Shown here one piece after another: positions 51,500 through 62,734 of a DNA stretch of 64,000 nucleotides. The DNA lies in the NCBI RefSeq assembly GCF_036971445.1, contig NC_091472.1:91636001-91700000 (forward strand). The letters are read 5' to 3'. Made by a program: the position numbers and the translations under genes. A model generated the notes under the pieces. That model was not told the origin of the DNA. It did not search any database and saw only the letters and a list, made by a program, of their open reading frames with translations. The first letter of the stretch is position 1; each line of letters begins with the position of its first letter. The stretch comes from Narcine bancroftii (taxonomy: Eukaryota).

Positions 51500-52250
51500 T
51501 TTCAAAGTTGCTCCCGCCTGCTATCCGTGTCCTCCGCGATCTGCCGATGACGTTTCACTTTCGCTTGGCTAGGCCTGGGATCCGTTTCCGCGCTCGGCTG
51601 CGCATGTCTAGATTCACGCTCTCGGCGTTCGGCTGCCCGCGCCTTGGTCGCTATGGTAACGGGCCGGGTCTTTCCTTCCTCCCTCCCACCCCACCCGGTC
51701 AGGACGCGGGATGTCGACGGTGTCCAAGGTGGTCCTCGGTGTTTCCGCTGTATTGACAGCAGGGACGGTGGCTGGAGTTCACCTCAGGCAGAAGCAGGAG
51801 AGGGAGGTTGGTCTCAGATCTAGGATCAGAATGAGGCCTCGGACCGGAGTTTGTGGTCTTGCGCCTGTTCGCCGGTAACGGGCAAGACCTGCTGGTTGGG
51901 GAGGGCCCGGGAAAGGTGAAGGTCGGAGCACGTGACCTGACGCGGGGAACCCTTGCCCTGGCACGTTCGGCCGTAGGAGCGCGAGCCTGCCTCCCACTGC
52001 CGTTAATCGGTCCGGCAGGCGGGAGCCACGGCCGAGGATCGTCCGGACCGTGGCTTTCGGCCCACGATCCCCACACCGCGCCTTTGTTCCGGGCGTTTTC
52101 CGTATTAAACGTTTGAGAGGCTGCTTCTTTCGATCTTTACCACGTGTTTTATTGGAACAAACCCCAGTAAATGACGTTTTCGGAACATGGGACTGGAGTG
52201 CGGGGTTAATGCTGAAGAGGAAGGAGGTCGAGCCTATTCTTGTAAATTGT
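51500..52250 (+). promoter_or_regulatory. CpG-island promoter of pet117/kat14
   Basis: Sharp CpG/GC enrichment around pet117 exon 1; RFX X-box-like GTCGCTATGGTAAC (51647-51660); NRF1-like TGCGCATG (51599). Confidence 0.75.
51711..51806 (+). CDS. pet117: PET117 cytochrome c oxidase chaperone, coding exon 1
   Basis: MSTVSKVVLGVSAVLTAGTVAGVHLRQKQERE|GTTGGT, recognised against vertebrate PET117 MSRSSKVVLGLSVLLTAATVAGVH. Confidence 0.92.
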
Positions 52251-53664
52251 CCGATGCTGCCCAATGTTTATGTGGCAGCCAATGTGTTTGGTTTGAAAAA
52301 CAAAACCTAATCATAGTATTTGTCTCCATTCTTCATATTTTTCCTCTCGTTAGAAGGGTGTGTTGTCAGGACGACATAAAGTTGGTAGCTTGTATGCTCG
52401 CAGCCCCTCCTGAATGAATACATTTGTTTCAACTTTCTACAAGTTGTTGATCTTGAGTGGAATTTTGGAAGCTCTTAATTAATAAATATCTGGGCTGTTT
52501 GCACTTGGCTGTGACACTGCAGAGTGAATGCATAGAACAACACAGCAAGACCCACTCTTTGACCCATCTGTCTGAGCCAAACATGATGTTAAATTAAACT
52601 AAAACTCTGCTACTTGTGTATGATCCATTTCCTGCATTCGTGTAACTATCTAGAAACCTCTTAAATAATATTGTTCTGTTCACATCACTAGAGCAGCTGA
52701 GACACCTGCAGTCTCAGTGTGTGTATTTTTTAATAAAAAAATGGCCCTGCAAATCTACTTCAAACTCACCCGCCCACCCCCTCATCTTAAGTGCCTGTCC
52801 TTTCCTATTTATTTTTACCAAGGAGAAAAAGAATGTGGCTGTCTTCCCTGTCAATTGGTCTCATAATTTTATAAACTTCACTCAGCCTCTGACACTTCAG
52901 AATAAGGGAGACCAAATTGACTACTGTGATCTACCCCTCATTATAGGTTAATGGCAAAAAGAACCTAAAGAGGTGTTGATGCACACCCAAAACAAGATAC
53001 AAGATGGAAATTAAGGAGAGTGTTTGGAATTATTGCCCCAGTGGACATGAGGTGAATAGCTTCCCCATCATAAATTTAAGAGATGCAGAATAAAGATGAG
53101 TAGAAATCAATTGTATCCACCACATACTTGCTTTCCATATATGATAAAGACATTCTGAAAGATGGTCTAAATTGTGAGCTTAATCGTGCCTTGAAATAGG
53201 AAGAGGGGAAACGTAGCAGTAATATGGTTAATTTTATTATTAGTAAGATGGAAAGTATCCTTTAGATGTCAAATTGTGTGATCAGCAGCAAACAAGTTGC
53301 CAGTATGAGAGACATCTTGAACCAATCTGGTTGGATGATGGAGGGGACAGGCAAGGGTTTCATTTGGTGTGTTCTATATTGGAACCAATATCTTTGGAAA
53401 GAGCAGACAAATCCTCATAATTAAAATAAAACTAGGACCATTGAGGGTTATAGTTTCTAGATTATTGCAAATAATCATGTGCAAATTGTCAGGGGGATAT
53501 AGAGATTAGGTAGGTTAATCAAGTGGCTGGAGGCATTTTATGGGAAAATAAAGTTCCATTATTTGATCAATTTTAGGATGGTAATAAACTAACAAGATGA
53601 TATTCATTGTTATGTTAGCTTGTGAATGTTGCAATAAGACTAAACCCCTTTTCATTTACTGTAG

Positions 53665-53829
53665 AGATTACGAGAAGGGGTTTACAGAGATCTGGAACGA
53701 CAGGAGCGCAAGAAAGAAAATATTCGGATCTTGGAAGAACAGATCAGTTTGACTAAGAAGCTGGAAGCAGAACGACTTGGGCAAACTACCTTGTCTTCTG
53801 GGAGTTCTCAACGAGCTGGAAAGCAATAA
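53665..53829 (+). CDS. pet117: PET117 coding exon 2
   Basis: Acceptor TTTTCATTTACTGTAG; RLREGVYRDLERQERKKENIRILEEQISLTKKLEAERLGQTTLSSGSSQRAGKQ*; phase 0; total 86 aa. Confidence 0.92.
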   Translation, partial: RLREGVYRDLERQERKKENIRILEEQISLTKKLEAERLGQTTLSSGSSQRAGKQ

Positions 53830-54008
53830 CTTGCGTTTTATTGACACAGTTTGATGACTTTGGATGCTTAATTGATGATGGATATTTTCCCTTATGCTGG
53901 GAAGAATACAAGAGAATTAATTAACTAATCGATTAAAGTGTAAAAAGCTACTCCTAGTTGTTGGATGAATCTATCTGTAAACTCTTTCTATGCCAAAAGT
54001 TTAGTAAT

Positions 54009-54273
54009 ATGGAAGATAATGGTGAGACGAAAAGCTTAACTGCTCGCCAAATGGATGAATGCACAAGAATGGCTGCCTCCGAAGGTTTGGAGGAAGGAGA
54101 AGTTGAAGGGGAAACTTTACTCATCGTTGAATCTGAGGACCAAGCCTCAGTGGATCTGTCCCATGACCAGAGTGGGGATTCATTGAACAGTGAACTAGGT
54201 GATGAAGGGGATGTGTCATGGACAGAAGAAATGTCCTATTATTGTGACAAATGCCAGAAGTGGATACCTACAA
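54009..54273 (+). CDS. kat14: KAT14/CSRP2BP (ATAC-complex acetyltransferase), first coding exon
   Basis: MEDNGE..SEGLEEGEVEGETLLIVESEDQASVDLSHDQSGDSLNS..YYCDKCQKWIP; donor GTACGT. Confidence 0.93.
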
Positions 54274-56162
54274 GTACGTCTGTTTCTGAACATCTTTAAT
54301 AGTGATGTTTTTAGTTAGTGTGGAATAAGAACTTCCATTTTAATCTCCTATTGCGTTCAAAGTTAAATGAGAAATAGAGTGGTGAGTGTATAAAATTTTC
54401 TTATTTTACTTTGTGTTTTCATATAGAATGGATTGCTGGGTTGAGGCAAGTACCGTGCAATGTTAAAGAAAACATTGGATATATACATGGATAGAAGAGG
54501 TTTAGAGGGATATAGGGCCAACACAGGCAAGTAGGATGAGCATGGGTGGGATATTTTGGTTGACATGGGCAAGTTGGGCTGAAGGGCCTGTTTCCACACT
54601 TAGTGAGTCTATGATTTGCTTCTAAATAGAGCAGAACTCTGGAACTTCATGGTGAAGCTGTTTGGAGGTAGCTGAATGTGTGAAAAGAATTAGAATTTCT
54701 TAAGCAAGGTATTTAGGGTGTTTATACCTATGGTTGCAGCTAAATAAGATATTTTGATGTTTGGAAATGTAGAGAGTCAACAGTTTACAAATAGGACTTC
54801 CGCTTGCACTATTTTTCATTCTTGTGATCCATAAATCATACTGTGATTTTAAAAAATGGTCAAGTGAAGGGAAACGTTACACTGAAAAAGCTGTCAAATT
54901 CTGGGAAATGCCTAATTGAATTTCCAGACTGATGCAACCAAGCTAAGAATGATTATTTTTCATTCTGTGTAAGTACATCTTCAATTAGATAATGCTGATA
55001 TGAACAACATTATACAATCTGATTGGTCAGTGGAGTGACTCTGTGACTATTGATTGCTAATATAACTAGGTTACCAAAGTGGTCAGGGATTTGGTTTAAG
55101 CCTAAGAAAGTGGATTTCCACAATAATAGAATATTGGTTGCAGAAATTCTTATTTTTCTAAATAGAGTTTAAAGTACTGCAGTCACTTTCCTTTTGCATC
55201 CATCTTTCAGGGATAAAATAGAGAGATTGCAGAACAATTTATCTAAGATGGTTGCTTCCGGCATCTGCTGATGTTAAATTTGATGGGATAATTCAATAGA
55301 AATCTTGGACATAAGCCTAAAAGAGGATGTAGAGGTTCTTGGGTTAATTATTTAGTAGCCTGTGAACTCTTAGTTACTGATGTCGGAACCTGTTTTATTC
55401 TGGATTCTTCAGGAGTTCAAGGGGTAAACAACTGACAAAAGTTTACATTTCCATGAAGGTTGAAAGGACAGGAATGTTCCAGCCAGTATGTTCTGAACAA
55501 CATTCCTTCACGGTAGCCTAACCCCAATTCGCGAGGGCTGTGGCAAGGGGCTAAAATATATTGTTTTGTGAGTGAATCTGCTGGCAACTAATCCTGAATG
55601 TGTTTAAAAAAAGGCTCGTAGTTCAGTTCTTGTCAATCTATGGATTTTAGAAGTGTTGTGACTTGAAGCTAGTATTCAGGGGTATTCTGATGGGGCAGAT
55701 AACTTTGTCAGGTATAGAAAAAGATTGGATGCACCAATCTTAGCCACACTATGATAACTGATCAAAGAAGCAAAGAGAATAGGGTTTTTTTAAAGCAGCA
55801 AGCTATTTTATAAATTGCATAGAGTGAAAACATGATACAAGTAGAATCAACAGTAACTTTCAAAAGACAATTGAAGGTGATGTTTACGGTGCTATGGAGA
55901 CAAGTAAGCAGTATTAACTGGATGACATTCAAAAAGGCATAAGTGATGGGCTAAGTGTCACCATCCATGCGTATCATTAATGTGAAATAGGTTTTACAAG
56001 GAAAATATAGAGTTTGGATCTTGTCATAGTTTAGAAAGATGCCATTATAAAAGTAAGTTCCATCACTAAAAAAAATTAATGGAATAAAGGAATGCAAAAA
56101 AAAATTCTCTTTGTATTTGCCAATTTAAATATGACATTGTGCAAAAACAACATCCTGTAGAT

Positions 56163-56859
56163 CAGTGGTTCCCAATCTTTTTTATGCCCTGCACCCCTAA
56201 AATTTTTTTATATGTTCTCGCACCCCTTAAAGTAATAATTTATTTAAGAATAAAGATGAAGGTGACCAAAACAAATTTGCTTAATCAATTTTTAATAATA
56301 TATAAACAAAAATGAAACATATGGAAAAGAAAAAATATTACAACAAATTAAAAGTTGCATAAACCCTACAAAAAAAATTAAATTTTCATCCATGCATGAA
56401 ATTTCTTTTAAAAACTTAAAGAACTGATGTTCAAATGTTCATAAGCCAATTTAAATTTAATGACTCGTTTGTTCCTGTTTATTGCTTGAGTTTTTCAAAA
56501 CGTGGCACTTTTTTGCTGATAGCAATCCACATGTCTGCCTGTGCACCCAAGCGATTTCTAGATTTTGTCTTGATTGACAAAAGGGTACTAAATTCAGACT
56601 TGCATAAGTATGTCGTCGTGAATGGGATAAGCACAGTTAGTGCTTTTTCACAAGTCTTGGAAACATGTCCATTGCCGAACACCAATATTGTTCTAAAGTT
56701 TTGCTTTCAAACTGCATTTCAAGAACACGATTTGTGCGCAGTTCAATAAGATCTTCCTTCAGCGCTTCATCATCTGACATATTATCCAAATTGAAGGAGT
56801 ATGGATTTATAAAAAAAAAACTGAAATGTTATCTCGCACCCCCTGGGTGGGAAACCTTG
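56163..56859 (-). mobile_element. Internally deleted hAT (Charlie/Buster-type) with transposase C-terminal remnant
   Basis: CAGTGGTTCCCA / TGGGAAACCTTG ends; perfect 8-bp TSD CTGTAGAT; LIPFTTTYLCKSEFSTLLSIKTKSRNRL dimerisation motif. Confidence 0.88.
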
Positions 56860-57440
56860 CTGTAGATGATACTGAAATGTTCAGTAGGTTGGGTAACATT
56901 TGTGGAGAGAGCAACCTGAATCTGAAACGTATTGGTTCTCTCGCCATAGATGTTACCTGATGTGCTGAATATTTCAGCTCTTTCTGTTTTTAGTACTCAT
57001 ATTCAAGGGATTGTTAACATGTTCATAAACCAAAATGGCACTTTTTAATTGTTTTATTCTTTGTAAATAATTTCTGTGAATCTATTGAGAAAAATATTGT
57101 AAAGTTGAGCACAGGATATAAATGAAGAGACTGAAGCAAATATGTAGTGTGTGCTATTGGAACATGTAAAATGTTACAGTGATGTGTTAGGGTAGTTGAA
57201 GAGAAAGATCTTTCTCCATTCTAAATCCAGAGCAAGTCTTAAAATTGTTGCAACACCTTTACACAATGAAATCTGAATACAGTTTTTTCTTGAGCTTGTC
57301 AGGATGTGTCCTATACTTTTTAGAATGGCTTGACTTGGAATATTTTATTACTATGTAGAGCAGTTACTTTATTACTTTATTGATGGCAATCACTTTTTTT
57401 GGTCAACCCGACTGCATTTCCTCCCCTTATTCCCTTTCAG

Positions 57441-57562
57441 CTCAGTTGAGAGGAGAGCACCCCAGTTACTTGCGAGGCGATAACTTCTTCCGATTTAGTT
57501 GCTCAGACTGTGCAGAAGATCAGAAGGAGCACTTTGAAAGACTGAAACTCACGTGGCAGCAA
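57441..57562 (+). CDS. kat14: KAT14 coding exon 2
   Basis: TCCCTTTCAG acceptor; QLRGEHPSYLRGDNFFRFSCSDCAEDQKEHFERLKLTWQQ; GTAAGT donor. Confidence 0.95.
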
Positions 57563-58134
57563 GTAAGTATGTGCAAAAAGTACCCACATGGATTTTGTTT
57601 TCTGAATAAAATCTCTTGCCATTTTGCAATTTTGGGCTAATTTTCCTTACTTGTTTGTGTTTCATTATCTCCAATGTTCTATATTAGACATGATGTTGAA
57701 AAACAGGAAAATATGGACGAGTTAGCTGAACACCCTGTTGCTGGAAGTTGTTGGAGTCTATAATTGAAGAAATATCTGATCATTTAGAAAGGCTTTATCT
57801 AATCTGACCATGTTAAAATGGTTTAATGAAAAGAAAATCATGTGAAATAAATTTGTAAGCATTCTCAGAGAATATAACACATGGTGTAACTGGATTTCCA
57901 TAAATCATTTGGCAAGGTGCCCCATAAAAGGCTGCTGTACAAGATAAAAACATACAGTATGGCAGGGTTTATTAACGGTTTGAAAATTGGTTGTTGCATA
58001 TCAGATAGAGATTTGGATGAATTTTTTTTCAGACTGGAAATATGCAACCAGTGGAGTTTCCCACTAATTTTTTGGCCCTCAATTTACTATCTATATTAAT
58101 GATTTGGAAGAGGGCATAGATTGTAAGATACTCA

Positions 58135-58795
58135 AGTAAAAATACAATGAAGGAGAAACTCAGCAGGTCAGTGTTCTTTATATAGCAAAGGTAAAAATAC
58201 ATAACTGGGGTTTCAGGCTTGAGCCCTTCAAGGTATGGAAAAATGTCAGCAAGTGTCCAAACAAAAGAAAAGAAGGGAGGCGTGGCTGCAAAGGCAGAAG
58301 GTAATAGGTGGAGAAGGGAGGGAGGGGACAGCAGTAAGGAAGGGGTGGAGGAATGGCTGGGTAAATAGAGGGAAGGGGGAGGAGAGTTGGAAATGGGAGG
58401 GGGAGAGGAGAGCAGGTTAGCAGAAACCAGAAAAGTCAATGTTAATGCCATCTGGCTGGCGTTTTTTTTAACCCGAAGGACATAAGGAGGAATTCAAACA
58501 ATCCAACGGGGATTATGATGGCTGTCTTTGGGATGTCCTCTGGGTGAACTGGGATCTGGTCTTAGCCCCTGATGAGGTCAACCTTTGAAAATCAGGTGGT
58601 GTTCCTCCAATTTATAGGTGGTCTTAGTGGAATAGTACATAAGGCCATGGACATCTTCATTGGAAAGACTGGGTGCAGGTTGGACAATCATTTCGCTGAA
58701 CACCTTCATTCCGTTTGCACCAGTGACAGAGACCTCCCAGTAGCCAACCATTTTAGTTCTGTATTGCAGTTCCATACTCACATGTCCATCCTGTC
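58135..58795. mobile_element. Rearranged Penelope-like fragment (minus part, captured Gypsy piece, inverted plus part)
   Basis: 58135-58460 is the reverse complement of about 59760-60125; the plus part reads IGKTGCRLDNHFAEH..LPVANHF. Confidence 0.75.
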
Positions 58796-59139
58796 TCAGT
58801 GGTATGAATGATCTTTAAGCACGACCAGATTTCCAGTTGCTTTATTTATAATTTAAACAATACTATGGCAAAATCCTTTTCTTTGTTAAACTCCAATGCA
58901 AAGTTCATATTTGCCAGGTTCTTACTCTGTAGTCCCTCAGTGGTCCAATGACTCTACTGACAATAACTATTTACTGGAACTCTTCTTAAGGTTTAATAAT
59001 AACCTTCCAATGGAATCAGGTACATAATGGATAAAGAAAAATATTGTGAGAAAAAATATCTGGGAAAATGGTGACTTTATTTTGCATAATACATACTGTT
59101 ATGTAATTTATAATTTATACGTTGTGTGACTGGGTTGCT

Positions 59140-60130
59140 CTTGAGAAGTCAAATACGAAAATCTGCAGACATTGTGATTGAAGTAAAAGTACAAAGCTGG
59201 AGAAATTCAGGAGGTCAAACAGTGTACTTTATATAGCAAAGATAATGATAATGACCAACGTTTTGGGCTTGAGCCTTTCATCAACATATGTTTTGATCTG
59301 CTCATTTTCTCCAGTTTTGTGTTTTTGTTCTTCAAAGAGTTGGTGTAGACTTGTTTTTTGTTTATGCTTTACTGTTCTCTGATTCTTTGGCTGTAAGGGA
59401 AATTTGGGACATTGAGGTTATGAAAGGTACTATGTAAATCATACTTGCGCCCACACCTCCCTCATCACAGTCCGGGGCAACAAATAGGTCTTTCAAGTGA
59501 AGCAACATTTCACTTGTGTATTCACAGAATTGATTTACTGCATCCAATGTTCCCTTTGTGGCCTTCTCTATGTAGGAGAGACTGGATGCAGACTGGGAGA
59601 ACACTTCGCTGAGCACCATCGCTCTATCTGCACCAGCGACAGAGACCTCCCAGTACCCAACCATTTCAGTGTCACACTCCCATACTCACATGTCTGTCCA
59701 TGGCCATGTGTACTATCCCACCAAGATTACCTGCAAATTGGAGGAACAACAACTGACATTCCATCTGGGAACTCTCCAGCCAGATGGCATTAACATAAAC
59801 TTTTCTGGTTTCTGCTAACCTGCTCTCTTCTTTTCCCCTCCCCCTCTCCCTTACCTTCATCCTTTCAGCTCTCTTTTTCCCCATTCCCTCTCTATTCACC
59901 CAGCCATCCCTCCTCCCCTTGAATGCTGCTGTCCCCTCCCTCTCTTCTCCACCTATTACCTCCTGCCTTTGTGACCATGCTTCTTCCTCCCCCCCCCCCC
60001 CAATCTTTTATTTGGATGCCTGCCCACATTTTTCCATACTTTGATGAAGGCCCCAAGCTTGAAACATTGGCTATGTATTTGTACTTTCACCTGCTGAGTT
60101 TCTCCAGCATTGTGTTTTTACTTCAACTAC
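59140..60130 (+). mobile_element. Penelope-like element 3' part: GIY-YIG endonuclease plus pseudo-LTR, with an inverted pseudo-LTR upstream
   Basis: FTC..LIYCIQCSLCGLLYVGETGCRLGEHFAEH GIY-YIG motif. Confidence 0.85.
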
Positions 60131-60228
60131 AGATTTTCATTGTTTAATTCTGTAAATGCCATTCTTTTTCCATGAGCTCCCATGTGCTGTCGTGTTTGAT
60201 TGAAGTTTTTGCTTTCTCTTTGTTTTAG

Positions 60229-60350
60229 GTTGTGATGTTGGCAATGTACAATTTATCGTTGGAAGGGACTGGACGCCAAGGTTACTTCCGTTGGAAAGAG
60301 GATATTTGTGCTTTTATTGACAAACACTGGGCTTTTTTATTGGGAAATAG
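60229..60350 (+). CDS. kat14: KAT14 coding exon 3
   Basis: TGTTTTAG acceptor; VVMLAMYNLSLEGTGRQGYFRWKEDICAFIDKHWAFLLGN-R; GTAAAT donor. Not in the ORF track. Confidence 0.95.
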
Positions 60351-62552
60351 GTAAATCCTCATCTCACAGACTATAAATGATCTGATACCTGAAAAATAGT
60401 AAATGTTGGGGATATTGTGAGAATTGAGTTATGCATAAGTAAAATGGTGTTTCAAATTTCCCTAATGTACTCTGGTTTGAGACAAAACAGTAACTTGAAT
60501 TTACTGAGTATTTCTAACACAATGTCAATCAACAGTTATGGAGAATTGGATTGTAAGCATATCTTAAAACAGTTATATATATATACGTCTTTATTTTGGC
60601 ATTTAAGCACTTGTTCAATGTTGACGAAGCTGTGTTATTTGCTGTTTGAAAAATGTAAATTTGGCCTCACCGGTAAATTTTATACCATGCTAATAAGTAA
60701 ATTAAATTGCTTCCAAAAAGGAGCATGAAATGGGTTTAATCAGAAATTGTTCTGAAAATTTACAAGGCTTGCATTTTCTGGGTCAAATATCTGATGCTCC
60801 TTGCTTTCATTCTAGTTCCTCAGACTTTTCTGAGCCATATTTTCCATTTGATGTCACTGTCTGTACAGTCAGTTTAGCAGTTGCTCCTTTCAATTAATTT
60901 CTACATCTTCTAATACTGTAACTACACTCGGGAGTTCAGAGGTCCCTCCTTTATCCCCGTGGAATGTCTGACCATTTATTTTTTTGACAACTATTTACTG
61001 AGCAAAATACTACAGAAAATTGGCAGTGCATGCTGCATGGCACTAATTTCCTCTCATCACATTAGATTTTCTGATTTCTGTACATGCTTCTCTGTCTTAC
61101 TTGAGTAATTGAATTCTGGTTTCAGTCAAGTTTTAGAGATGCTGTGTCTTACTCCTTTGCACTATTTCATCAGTATATATCACCATTTCAGTCTGTTCCT
61201 GTCTGTACCATGCCATTTTGTTCTCCCAGCAATTCCAACCTTAACCATCACTCTAGTTTGCCAATACTATTTAGGAGCACAGTTGCTACAGACAGTGTAC
61301 ATGCCTGCATTTAAACCTGACCTTGGGTTTTGTCTGTGAAGAGTTTGCATGTTCTTTTTGACTAAGTTATTTTTCCCACTGGTACTTTGGATTCCTCTCA
61401 TATATAAAAGACATAATGGTTTGTTGGTAAATTCCCTAGGGCGATTGGTCGAAGGAGAATGAAGATGGAGTTGATGGGCATATAAAATGTAATGCACCAT
61501 CTCAACAGACAAGTGTAAGGGAATCAGGAAGTATGGAGTTAGTTCAGAATGTTAAACTGAGATAGAAGGTCAGTCATGAGCTGAATGACTTAATCACAGT
61601 TTGGTTTCTTGCATTATGAATGTGATAGCAGGAAATCAAAGCAGATATTAGTGTATAAATGAAGATTCAAAGATCTCTAATTCCCACCCAGTCATGTTTT
61701 TGGTTCAAATAAGTGTGCCTTGTTTCATGAAGGGAAAAACCTAAAAAAAGTTAATAATGTTTACTGAATACTAATACTAAAGACCAAACCAAATAAAATG
61801 TCCAAAATTAAAGTACAAAGGCTTGTGATTGTGTGAAAAGTTATTGAATTCCCAGGTTATAGTGGTATTTTCTATGTTAATTTTTCATTTAGAGATGCAA
61901 CCCGGTAACAGGCTCTTCTGGCTCATGAGCTCGTTGTGCCCAAATATACCCATGTGACCAATTAACCAACTAATCCCATATATCTATGGAACATCAGAGG
62001 ATACTGGAGCATTGGAGGAAACTCACACAAACATAGGAAGAACATACAAACTCCTTAAAGTCAATGTACATTAAAGGAAGCTTAACATCACTTTTTAGAA
62101 AATCATTTACTTTCACCAAAATTTTAAGTATTGTCAGTTTTTGTGAAAGGGCTTGCTCGTTGAGAGAAAATACAGCAAAAAAAAATTGACAAAATAGAGA
62201 AAATTTGTGTGTTATGTTGAAAAAGTAGTTTAAATAAAAACATAGTTGATTGTGATGTTTAGCTTGCATATGGGATAACTGAGGAAAAAAAATTGCTCTA
62301 TAAAAGTAAATTGTAACATGCCAAAATATCTTTAAACATTGAAAATAAAGTGGCATTGCTAGCAGTCATGTCCATAGGCCAAAAGATGTGGGTTCATGCT
62401 CCGGTCCAGAGTACCTAATCTAACTTTAGTTCAGTCCTATCCTAAGCACTGTCCTTTGCATGAGGCAGGAAAGTGAAGCACCACTTTTCTTCTGATGTTG
62501 ACTACTTTTTTATTTCTGTGGTTTTCTGAACCTATGACTCTTTACATTTTAG

Positions 62553-62734
62553 GAAAAAGACCTCAACTTGGTGGAGTACTGTGGCAGGCTGCCTCTCTGT
62601 GGGCAGCCCAGTGTACTTCCGCTCTGGCGCTCAGCAGTTTGGTGAACCAGGTTGGTGGAAATTGGTGCACAACAAACCTCCAGTCATGAGGCCAGAAGGG
62701 GAGAGACCATCAAGCACCACATTGAAGACGAGAG
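62553..62734 (+). CDS. kat14: KAT14 coding exon 4 (gene continues past the window)
   Basis: TTTTAG acceptor; KKTSTWWSTVAGCLSVGSPVYFRSGAQQFGEPGWWKLVHNKPPVMRPEGE; GTGGGC donor. Confidence 0.94.

Noticed and set aside
51699-52310. Several overlapping 86-161 aa ORFs in the pet117 CpG island
   Set aside because: Stop-poor GC-rich sequence; the real coding part is the 96-nt pet117 exon.
53958-54008. N-terminal extension of KAT14 in the ORF track
   Set aside because: Begins at TTG, a prokaryote-style start; similarity to vertebrate KAT14 begins near ATG 54009.
58568-58592. CTGATGAGGTCAACCTTTGAAA as a hammerhead
   Set aside because: It is the antisense of the Gypsy RT codons KVDLIRG, and the stem II to GAAA spacing is wrong.
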